Source: Pseudothermotoga sp. (lineage in GTDB: Bacteria; Thermotogota; Thermotogae; Thermotogales; DSM-5069). Taken from it: a stretch of 64,000 nt of DNA. Position 1 is the stretch's first letter. Every line of letters starts with the position of its first letter. A model generated the notes under the pieces. The model saw nothing but the letters and a program-made list of their open reading frames with translations. It did not search any database and had not been told where the DNA came from. Shown here piece by piece: positions 56,118 through 64,000 of the stretch. Location of the stretch: the NCBI GenBank assembly GCA_031962025.1, contig JAVRKW010000007.1; one strand, given 5' to 3'. The position numbers were made by a program, and so were the translations under genes.

Positions 56118-57419
56118 TTGGACTGGCACACAGTTTACAAATCTAAGCTCGTGGATATTGAAAAAATACTGAGCTTGGTTGAATCAAATCAGACTATAGT
56201 TGTTGGAATGACACCGGCAGAGCCAAAGCTCTTTTTAAGAAATCTGCACAGAGTTGCCGATAGAGTGAATAATGTCACAGTTTTCACGTGCTTGAACATG
56301 GAGAATTATCCATTCTACATGGACAAATCCTTCAACGGAGTTTTTGAAAACGCTTCATGGTTCTTTGGTCAGTCAAACAGGGAAGCTGTGAAAAACGGAT
56401 TTGGTACGGTCAGCTATGTGCCTAATAATTTGCACCAATCGGGAACAAACTTGCTTGAAAGCCATCCCGTTGATATCTTTGTTGGTGTTGCATCACCGAT
56501 GGATAAAAATGGTTTTTTAACTCTGTCGGCATCGGTAGTTTACGAAAAAGATGTTATTGAACAGGCAAAACTCGTTGTTCTGGAAGTGAATCCCAATGCA
56601 CCGAGAACTCACGGTGACACCCACATCCACATAAAAGATGTTCACTACGTAGTTGAAGTAAATTATGAACTCCCGCAGGTTGAACTGGTTGAACCGACAG
56701 AAACCGAAGCATTGATTGCACAACACATAAGTGAATTGATCGAAGATGGTTCAACCATCCAACTGGGTATAGGTGGAATACCAAATGCCGTTGCCAAGTT
56801 CCTGACAAACAAAAAAGACCTTGGTGTTCACACAGAGATGTTCACCGAGTCAATGATAGACCTGTTTGAAGCTGGTGTTATTACCAACAAGAAAAAGAGT
56901 ATCTGGAAAGACAAATTCATCTGCACTTTTGCTTTTGGCACCAAGAGAATGTATGAATTCATCGACGATAATCCCTCGGTCTTTTTCCTCAGAGGCAGAT
57001 ATGTCAACGATCCTTATGTGATTTGCCAGAATGACAAAATGGTGAGTATTAATACTGCGCTGATGGTTGATTTAACCGGTAATGTTTGCTCAGAGGCGCT
57101 TGGCACTCAGCATTACAGTGGAACTGGTGGTCAACTCGATACACACCGCGGAGCAGTTAAGAGCAAGGGAGGTAAAGGGATAATAGCCCTTCGATCTACG
57201 GCAAAGAACGGGACAATTTCCACAATAGTTCCAATTCTACCAGCCGGCTCACCGGTGACAGTGCCGCGTCAGGAACTGGATTATGTAGTCACAGAATGGG
57301 GTGTTGCCTGGCTCAGAGGTAAAACCACCAGAGAAAGGGCAAAGGCTTTGATCGAGATTGCACATCCAGATTTCAGAGAAATGCTCAAAAAAGAAGCCAG
57401 CAAATTGCAGATTCTTTGA
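56118..57419 (+). CDS. Acetyl-CoA hydrolase/4-hydroxybutyrate CoA-transferase family protein
   Basis: IQLGIGGIP, LGVHTE, SGTGGQ, VTEWGVA, IAHPDFR. Confidence 0.92.
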   Translation: MDWHTVYKSKLVDIEKILSLVESNQTIVVGMTPAEPKLFLRNLHRVADRVNNVTVFTCLNMENYPFYMDKSFNGVFENASWFFGQSNREAVKNGFGTVSYVPNNLHQSGTNLLESHPVDIFVGVASPMDKNGFLTLSASVVYEKDVIEQAKLVVLEVNPNAPRTHGDTHIHIKDVHYVVEVNYELPQVELVEPTETEALIAQHISELIEDGSTIQLGIGGIPNAVAKFLTNKKDLGVHTEMFTESMIDLFEAGVITNKKKSIWKDKFICTFAFGTKRMYEFIDDNPSVFFLRGRYVNDPYVICQNDKMVSINTALMVDLTGNVCSEALGTQHYSGTGGQLDTHRGAVKSKGGKGIIALRSTAKNGTISTIVPILPAGSPVTVPRQELDYVVTEWGVAWLRGKTTRERAKALIEIAHPDFREMLKKEASKLQIL

Positions 57420-57440
57420 AAATTGAAGGGAGGTGCTGGT

Positions 57441-58670
57441 ATGAGAAAGTTCTTCGTTTTCCTGTCGCTAATAGTCGCGCTCTGTGTTCTGGCAGAAAAA
57501 CCGATAAAGATCGGTGCCATCTTGCCTCTGTCTGATATTACAGGACGGCAGGCGGCAAACGCAATGAAATTGGCTGTTAAGGAAATCAACGACGCTGGCG
57601 GAGTTCTCGGTAGACCCATCGAACTGATCATAGTGGACGACGAAATGAAGCCAGAAAAAGGTGCTGCCGCTGTGGACAAACTTGCAACAGTCGACAAAGT
57701 AGACTTCTTCGTCGGGGGTATGTCAAGTGGAGTTCATCTGGCACAGATTCCAATTTTGAAAAAGTACAAAAAGATCACCGTATGGATAGGAGCAGCATCT
57801 TACAAGTGTGAAGAAGCCATTGGTGAAGACGCAGACTGGTATTTTCATCTGCATCCCTGGGACTATCTTCAGGGCGAGAGCTACGCTATAGGATGGAAAG
57901 CCATAACAGAAAAGTATCCACAGGTCAAAATCGAGAAAATATTCTTGGCTTATGAAGAAGGAGCTTTTGGGACATCTTCTTTCAAATCCTATATGGACGA
58001 ATTTGAACTCGCGAAAAAGGGCACAGGTGTGTGGTCGGGATTGATGAAAGATCTGAAAGGAGCTCCATTCAAAAGTGCATCCCTAGGTGGCGGAGACTAC
58101 AGAGCCATGTTATTGCAGGCAAAACAGTATGATCCCGATCTTTTCATCTGGGCAGGTTACGACGCAGATGCAATTCCAATGCTGACACAGGCTAAGGAAA
58201 TAGGTTTTGCTCCAAAACTCTTTGTCGGTGCACCTCCAGGATGGCCTGCTGATTTTGGGAAGAACCCACTGTCGCACGGTGTGATCCTATACGGTATGTG
58301 GGCTCCTGCGTTAAAGGATGTCAGTCCAGTCGCACGTCATTTCTGGGATGCCTATGTGAAAGAGTTCAACGAAGAGCCTGCAACGTATTTCGCACCGCTT
58401 GGTTACACCAATATCTATTTTCTGGTTGAGGGCATCAAGAAAGCCGGTACGCTCGATGATAAAGCCATCATTCAGGCTCTGAGAAGTGTGGAATACGACT
58501 CTCCAATCGGCGGCGTACTGAAGATTTCACCAAGTAGAATCATCAAAAATCAAGGTTTCAGGGCTCAGAAAATCCTTCAGTGGCAGAACGGTGTACAGCA
58601 TGTTATCTGGCCCTTTGAATATGCCACAGCAGAACTGATTTATCCGTTCCCTGGATGGTCAACAAGATGA
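57441..58670 (+). CDS. Liv-type ABC substrate-binding protein
   Basis: Signal peptide, IKIGAILPLS, EIN.AGGVLGRPIEL. Confidence 0.9.
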   Translation: MRKFFVFLSLIVALCVLAEKPIKIGAILPLSDITGRQAANAMKLAVKEINDAGGVLGRPIELIIVDDEMKPEKGAAAVDKLATVDKVDFFVGGMSSGVHLAQIPILKKYKKITVWIGAASYKCEEAIGEDADWYFHLHPWDYLQGESYAIGWKAITEKYPQVKIEKIFLAYEEGAFGTSSFKSYMDEFELAKKGTGVWSGLMKDLKGAPFKSASLGGGDYRAMLLQAKQYDPDLFIWAGYDADAIPMLTQAKEIGFAPKLFVGAPPGWPADFGKNPLSHGVILYGMWAPALKDVSPVARHFWDAYVKEFNEEPATYFAPLGYTNIYFLVEGIKKAGTLDDKAIIQALRSVEYDSPIGGVLKISPSRIIKNQGFRAQKILQWQNGVQHVIWPFEYATAELIYPFPGWSTR

Positions 58671-58671
58671 T

Positions 58672-58701
58672 AAAAGGCTGGGTACCAGCCCAGCCTTTTT
58701 T
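58672..58701 (+). terminator. Hairpin after the SBP gene
   Basis: AAAAGGCTGGG-TACCAG-CCCAGCCTTTTTT. Confidence 0.75.
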
Positions 58702-58718
58702 AAGTGAGAGGTGGAGCG

Positions 58719-59633
58719 ATGAAAAAAGCACTGAATCTGTATGCGCTGTTTTTTATAATGCTCATTGTGGTGGCAGTGGTCCGTCCGTATGCCTTTTTCT
58801 ATGGACTGCAAAGAGGCAGCCTCTATGCTCTTGTTGCTTTGCCGCTTGCTCTGATTCTTGGAATAGTTGGATTACTCAATCTTGCACATGGTGATTTTTT
58901 GACTCTGGCATTATACCTTGGTTATATTCTCTTCAACCAGTTGAAGTTCGATCCGATTTTTTCAATTGTTGTAGTAGCACCGGTTCTTTTTATAATTGGT
59001 TTTGCAGTTTACAAATCGACGATCGAGGTGGTCCTAAAGTCGCACCATCTGAATCTACTTTTGATAACCTTTGGAGTTTCGATTACACTCGTCGAGTTGG
59101 TGAATTTGCTGTGGACCTCAAGACCAAGAAATATTTACGTGTCATACGCAACAAAGTCCATCAAAGTCTTTGGGATAAACATCGGTGCTTATGAGTTTGT
59201 GTATGTCGTTGCGGCCGTTGTTATTTTGCTGATTATCATGCTGATACTAAAGAAAACAAGGTTTGGACAGGCAGCTTTTGCCGTGGGACAGAATCCCAAA
59301 GGTGCAGCCATAGTTGGAATAAATGTGAAGCTGGTCTACACAGTTACCTTCAGCCTTGCAACAGCCATGATAGCTGTGGCGGCTGGATTGATGATGCCAA
59401 GGGTTTCCATCTTTCCGCAACTTGGTGGACCTTTCACGATGAAATCTTTCTGTCTCACTGCAATGGCTGGGCTTGGAAATCTTCCGGGCATTCTTCTTTC
59501 TGGTATCACTCTTGGTATCGCTGAGGCAGTAGTACAGTCAATTCCCGGTTACAGTGGCTGGTCTGATCTGGTGTTTTTTGGAGTTTTAATCTTTGTAATC
59601 GCACTCAGAGCATATCGGAGGGCTGAAAGATGA
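58719..59633 (+). CDS. Liv-type ABC permease (LivH-like)
   Basis: NLAHGDF, KTRFG..A..Q....A..VGIN. Confidence 0.9.
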   Translation: MKKALNLYALFFIMLIVVAVVRPYAFFYGLQRGSLYALVALPLALILGIVGLLNLAHGDFLTLALYLGYILFNQLKFDPIFSIVVVAPVLFIIGFAVYKSTIEVVLKSHHLNLLLITFGVSITLVELVNLLWTSRPRNIYVSYATKSIKVFGINIGAYEFVYVVAAVVILLIIMLILKKTRFGQAAFAVGQNPKGAAIVGINVKLVYTVTFSLATAMIAVAAGLMMPRVSIFPQLGGPFTMKSFCLTAMAGLGNLPGILLSGITLGIAEAVVQSIPGYSGWSDLVFFGVLIFVIALRAYRRAER

Positions 59634-60541
59634 AAAAAAACCTGTTTATTCTAATTGCAACGATATTTGTGGCGATCCTTCCGTTTTTTGCAGACATGTA
59701 TTTGATTCATGTTGCAAGTTCAATAATGATATTCATGTGCCTTGCACTCAGCTGGGACATGATGCTCAGAACAGGTCAGCTCTCCTTTGGCACAGCGGGT
59801 TTTTTTGGACTCGGTGCATATGCCGCGATAATAGCCGTCGATGATTTTTCCATCAGTCCCGTGATGAGTATATTCGTAGGTGCAGCTTTTGCAGCACTTG
59901 TGGCGCTGACACTCGGCATTGCGGTTCTGAAACTCAGAGAAATGTATTTTGCGATAACCACACTTGCTCTTACGAGTGTTTTTATGGTACTTGCGCGTAA
60001 TCTTTCAGACCTGACCGGCGGTGCGGCTGGTAAGGTGCTTTTCAACGCCATATTCGATGGAGAACCAAAGAAAACTTACTGGCTTATACTGGCTTTCACG
60101 TTGATCGTCATCTTTCTGTCTGAAATCTTTGAAAGAACCAGAATGAAATATGCAATCAGCTCAATAAGGAACGATGAACTTGTTGCAAAATCCAGCGGAA
60201 TAAATATTTTCAAGTATTTGTTGATCGTTTTTATTATTACCTCTGCCATACAGGGAGCAGCAGGTGCTATTTATGCCCAGCAATATGCTTTTGTTGAACC
60301 AGAAAGCACTTTTTCATCGAATTTCCTGTTATTGCCCATCGCTATGGCACTGGTCGGTGGCATCTATTCGACACCTGGACCGATAGTCGGGGCTTTGATT
60401 TTGGGATTTGCTTCGGAGTACCTGAAATTGCTGATGCCTTACGGTCATCTGATAATATATGGAATCATAATCATTCTGACGATAATCTTTTTGCGTAAAG
60501 GTGTCTATGGAACGATAATAGAAAGAATCAGATCTAAGTGA
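59630..60541 (+). CDS. Liv-type ABC permease (LivM-like)
   Basis: GQLSFG..GFFGLGAY, YFAITTLA, LTGG. Confidence 0.9.
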   Translation: MKKNLFILIATIFVAILPFFADMYLIHVASSIMIFMCLALSWDMMLRTGQLSFGTAGFFGLGAYAAIIAVDDFSISPVMSIFVGAAFAALVALTLGIAVLKLREMYFAITTLALTSVFMVLARNLSDLTGGAAGKVLFNAIFDGEPKKTYWLILAFTLIVIFLSEIFERTRMKYAISSIRNDELVAKSSGINIFKYLLIVFIITSAIQGAAGAIYAQQYAFVEPESTFSSNFLLLPIAMALVGGIYSTPGPIVGALILGFASEYLKLLMPYGHLIIYGIIIILTIIFLRKGVYGTIIERIRSK

Positions 60542-60555
60542 TCGGAGGTTCTCCT

Positions 60556-61272
60556 ATGAGCATACTGCGTCTTGAAAACCTGACAAAGCGTTTTGGGGGA
60601 CTTGTGGCTGTTAACAATGTGAGTTTGGAAATACAAGAAAAAGAAATAGTTGGCATAATAGGACCGAATGGTGCGGGTAAAACTACGCTCACCAGCCTTG
60701 TTGCAGGAACACTTCAAGTTACAAGCGGGAAGATCTTTTTCAAAGATGAAGATGTGACAGGGTTACCAGCACACATCAGAGTTAGAATGGGTATTTCAAG
60801 GACTTTCCAAACTGTGAGACCGCTCAGAGATTTCACCGCACTCGAAAATGTCATGATCGGTGCTCTCTTTGCAAAAGGTGATTCACTCAAAAAGGCAAGA
60901 GAAGATGCATACGAGGCATGTCAGCTCTTGAAACTTGAGCGAACAGATCTTCATCCGGATAAATTGACTGTCTTTGAATTGAAAAAAATGGAGATAGCAA
61001 GAGCAATCGTTTCTAATCCAAAACTGGTCTTTCTTGATGAAATCATGGCTGGGTTGAACTTGGAAGAAATGAAGCAGATGACACAGATAGTTAAATCACT
61101 CAGAGACAGAGGTATCACAATCTGTGTTATAGAGCACGTCATGAGTGTGATAAATGAACTGACCGACAGAGTCATCGTCCTTGACAGAGGCGAGATAATC
61201 GCACAGGGACCTTATTATGAAGTTTCACAGAATAAACACGTTATAGCTGCATATCTTGGGGAGGAAGTTTGA
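60556..61272 (+). CDS. Liv-type ABC ATPase (LivG-like)
   Basis: FGGLVAV, GPNGAGKT, RTFQ, IEH, AYLG. Confidence 0.9.
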   Translation: MSILRLENLTKRFGGLVAVNNVSLEIQEKEIVGIIGPNGAGKTTLTSLVAGTLQVTSGKIFFKDEDVTGLPAHIRVRMGISRTFQTVRPLRDFTALENVMIGALFAKGDSLKKAREDAYEACQLLKLERTDLHPDKLTVFELKKMEIARAIVSNPKLVFLDEIMAGLNLEEMKQMTQIVKSLRDRGITICVIEHVMSVINELTDRVIVLDRGEIIAQGPYYEVSQNKHVIAAYLGEEV

Positions 61273-61976
61273 TGCTCGAAATAAAAAATCTCAATGTGGC
61301 ATACGGAAAAGTTCAAGTGATATGGGACGTCTCCATCACGATCGGCTCGGAAGCCGTGGGATTATTTGGTCCAAACGGTGCCGGTAAAACCACACTGATT
61401 AATTGCATACTTGGAATAGTGCGTCCTGTGAGTGGAAGTATATTTTTTGATGGCAAAAACATAGTGGGTCTGGAAACTCATAAAATTGCTCGACTTGGCA
61501 TAGCTCTGGTACCACAGGAAAGGGAATTGTTCCCGCTCATGACAGTTGAGGAAAATCTCAGATCCGGTGCTGCCTATATTCCTCATGCAAGGAATCGCAT
61601 TCTTGAACGCATGGATTTTGTTTTTAGCGTTTTCCCCATTTTAAAGGAAAGATTATCTCAGAAAGCTGGTACAATGAGCGGTGGAGAACAGAGAATGCTT
61701 GCGGTCGGAAGAGCTCTGATGTCCTGTCCAAAACTTTTGATTCTCGACGAACCTTCTGTGGGTCTGCAACCATCCATAGTCACCGAAATGTTCGCCAGAC
61801 TCAAACAGATACGAAAAGAAGGAGTGGCAATACTTTTAACCGAGCAAAATGTCAAGCAGGGTTTGAAAGTAATAGATAGAGGATATGTAATTGAAAACGG
61901 TAGAATAGCTATTGAGGACAGATCAGAAAACCTTGCTCAAAATGAGCATGTGAGAAAAGCATATCTTGGGGTGTAG
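61269..61976 (+). CDS. Liv-type ABC ATPase (LivF-like)
   Basis: GPNGAGKT, MSGGEQ.MLA, EQN, KAYLG. Confidence 0.9.
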   Translation: MMLEIKNLNVAYGKVQVIWDVSITIGSEAVGLFGPNGAGKTTLINCILGIVRPVSGSIFFDGKNIVGLETHKIARLGIALVPQERELFPLMTVEENLRSGAAYIPHARNRILERMDFVFSVFPILKERLSQKAGTMSGGEQRMLAVGRALMSCPKLLILDEPSVGLQPSIVTEMFARLKQIRKEGVAILLTEQNVKQGLKVIDRGYVIENGRIAIEDRSENLAQNEHVRKAYLGV

Positions 61977-61991
61977 AAAGGAGTGGGCTTT

Positions 61992-62738
61992 ATGAGGCTT
62001 GAAGGAAAAGTGTGCATTATCACCGGGGCAGCAAGTGGTATAGGCAGAGCGGCATCTTTACTTTTCGCCAAGGAAGGAGCAACAGTCTGTGCGTGCGATA
62101 TTTCCAAAGAACAACTCGATAAATTGGTTGAAGATGCTTTCGGTCTGCCCGGAAAGATCGATCCGTTTGTCCTGAATGTTACCAAAAGAGATGAAGTCTT
62201 CAAAGTTGTCGAGCAAATCGCAGCAAAATATGGAAAAATCGATGTGCTTGTGAATAACGCCGGAATAACCAGAGATGCTCTACTGGTGAAAATGACTGAA
62301 GAAGAATGGGATGCGGTGATCGATGTAAATCTAAAGGGTGTTTTCAACATGACTCAAGCAGTTGCACCGTACATGATTAAAGCCCAAAAAGGTTCCATCA
62401 TTAACACATCTTCAATTGTTGGCATTTATGGAAACATTGGTCAGACAAATTACGCCGCGACAAAAGGCGGAGTCATAGCCATGACAAAAACATGGGCAAA
62501 GGAACTCGCAAGAAAGGGTGCTCAAATAAGGGTTAACGCGGTGGCACCCGGTTTCATCAAAACTCCCATGACCGATAAAGTGCCTGAAAAAATCATCGAA
62601 TCAGTTACGACCCGCACCGCACTGGCGAGAATGGGAGAACCACAAGAAGTTGCAAATGTCTATCTATTCCTTGCAAGCGATGAGTCTTCCTTTGTAACAG
62701 GACAGGTAATCGGTGTTGATGGGGGATTACAGCTATAA
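61992..62738 (+). CDS. 3-oxoacyl reductase, SDR family (FabG/PhaB-like)
   Basis: TGAASGIG, NNAGITRD, YAATK, APGFI. Confidence 0.92.
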   Translation: MRLEGKVCIITGAASGIGRAASLLFAKEGATVCACDISKEQLDKLVEDAFGLPGKIDPFVLNVTKRDEVFKVVEQIAAKYGKIDVLVNNAGITRDALLVKMTEEEWDAVIDVNLKGVFNMTQAVAPYMIKAQKGSIINTSSIVGIYGNIGQTNYAATKGGVIAMTKTWAKELARKGAQIRVNAVAPGFIKTPMTDKVPEKIIESVTTRTALARMGEPQEVANVYLFLASDESSFVTGQVIGVDGGLQL

Positions 62739-62752
62739 AGGGAGGTGTTTGT

Positions 62753-63916
62753 ATGAAAAGATTGCTCATTTTCTCAATGGTTTTACTGTCTGTTCTGATA
62801 GTAGCAGAGGTTGGTGTTTACAAAGACAAAGTGGTCATCGGAACATTTCAGGCATTATCAGGACCGTATGCGATCATAGGTCAGGAAATGTCCAAGGGAA
62901 TGAATGCCTATTTCAACTGGGTCAACAAAAATGGAGGAGTCTACGGGAGAAAAATCGAACTGATCATTGCAGACGATCAGCTGAACCCGTCAAAAACCGT
63001 TGTCGAAGTTAAAAGACTGGTTGAGTCAGATAAGGTTTTTGCGATCGTCGGTGGTCTTGGATCTTACGGATGTCTTGCCGTCATGGATTATCTGGAAAAG
63101 AACGGCGTACCTTTTGTTTATCAGGGTGCAGGAACGAGTTTGCTGGTTAACCCTCCAAAGAAATACATATTCGCTGTCCAGCCAGATTACACCTTTGAAG
63201 GTCAGTTGATTGCCAAGTTTCTCGTTGAGAATCTCGACAAAAAGAGAATTGCGATTATCTACATGTCCAATGATGTCGGCGAGGAAGGCAGAGCGGCGGT
63301 CAAAGCAAGGCTGGAAAAGTACAAGATGAAACCGGTTGTTGAAGTTGGTTACAATCCACTGGAGACAGACTACAGTGCCTTGGCAATCAATGTGCTGAAT
63401 GCCAATGTGGATTCAATTGTGATCTATGGTTTTATCACCGACACAGTCCGATGGATCAAAACTTTGAGAGATTATGGTGTAGCTGCCCCCGTGGTTACAA
63501 CTTATTCCAACGCGGATCCAAGTTTTGTAGCCATTGGTGGTAAACAGGTCGAAGGTGTTTACCTGACAGGATGGGTACCATTGGCAACACCAGACAGACC
63601 TGAGTTCTTAAGAGATTATCAAAGAGCCGTCGCAATCTATCAGGAGACTTATCCAAACCAGCCGATGTCTTCGTATGCGGTTGCTGGTTTTATCGCTGCT
63701 GAAGTTTTCGTGCAGGGATTGCTCAGAGCAGGTTCTGATCTAACACGTGAAGGTCTTGTTCAGGCACTTGAAACTTTCAAAAACTGGGATGGAATACTCA
63801 CAAAAGACATAACATGGGGACCAAATCTCAGGCGAGGAAAATCCAGCATGTACTTCATGAAGATCGAGAATGGAATCTTCGTTCCAGTTACAGATCTCAT
63901 GACTTTGCAGGATTAA
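62753..63916 (+). CDS. Second Liv-type ABC substrate-binding protein
   Basis: Signal peptide, ALSGP, GGVYGRKIEL. Confidence 0.88.
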   Translation: MKRLLIFSMVLLSVLIVAEVGVYKDKVVIGTFQALSGPYAIIGQEMSKGMNAYFNWVNKNGGVYGRKIELIIADDQLNPSKTVVEVKRLVESDKVFAIVGGLGSYGCLAVMDYLEKNGVPFVYQGAGTSLLVNPPKKYIFAVQPDYTFEGQLIAKFLVENLDKKRIAIIYMSNDVGEEGRAAVKARLEKYKMKPVVEVGYNPLETDYSALAINVLNANVDSIVIYGFITDTVRWIKTLRDYGVAAPVVTTYSNADPSFVAIGGKQVEGVYLTGWVPLATPDRPEFLRDYQRAVAIYQETYPNQPMSSYAVAGFIAAEVFVQGLLRAGSDLTREGLVQALETFKNWDGILTKDITWGPNLRRGKSSMYFMKIENGIFVPVTDLMTLQD

Positions 63917-63918
63917 CG

Positions 63919-63944
63919 CAAAAAGGGGCTTTCGCCCCTTTTTG
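63919..63944 (+). terminator. Intrinsic terminator/hairpin
   Basis: CAAAAAGGGGC-TTTC-GCCCCTTTTTG. Confidence 0.8.
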
Positions 63945-63965
63945 TACACCATGGAGGTGTGATCT

Positions 63966-64000
63966 TTGCCGCTTTTGCAAATTCAAAATCTGACAGTGAG
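63966..64000 (+). CDS. Start of a probable ABC ATPase (runs off the window)
   Basis: SD GGAGG then TTG-PLLQIQNLTV, typical of a LivG N-terminus. Confidence 0.5.
   Translation, partial: MPLLQIQNLTV

Overview
64 kb of about 40% GC bacterial chromosome. Gene content and order (gyrB-ftsQ-like-ftsA-ftsZ-pilB, tusA-yeeE-dsrEFH, PlsY fusion, hutI-ftcD) point to Thermotogota, probably a Pseudothermotoga-like organism (inferred, no search run). The window is mostly housekeeping and transport. In order: the right end of a probable IS200/IS605 element; a sulfur-relay/thiosulfate-uptake operon with an ArsR-TusA fusion regulator; a mixed minus-strand operon (ftcD to plsY); an orphan Phd/YefM gene coupled to an MsmK-type ATPase; a polyprenyl-phosphoribose (UbiA/DPPR synthase) cluster; a cobalamin riboswitch with btuFCD; a SARP/BTAD plus MshEN module; a BMP nucleoside ABC system; a gyrase/division/PilB/MutS2 operon; and a TetR-adjacent KAS III-like/CoA-transferase/Liv-type ABC/FabG cluster. 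No rRNA, tRNA or CRISPR array was seen. The most notable unexplained signals are: (1) a perfect 33-bp inverted copy of the ArsR-TusA coding sequence, next to a hairpin in the intergenic region upstream of the sulfur operon (candidate antisense RNA or invertible segment); (2) a 65-nt structured leader duplicated (about 85% identity) in front of two unrelated genes, with a hairpin between the SD and the start codon; (3) a toxin-less antitoxin with an intact promoter/operator heading the sugar ATPase gene; (4) a nonsense-split SARP/GGDEF-like regulator with 11/22-bp-phased boxes upstream of a Zn-ribbon-MshEN gene.
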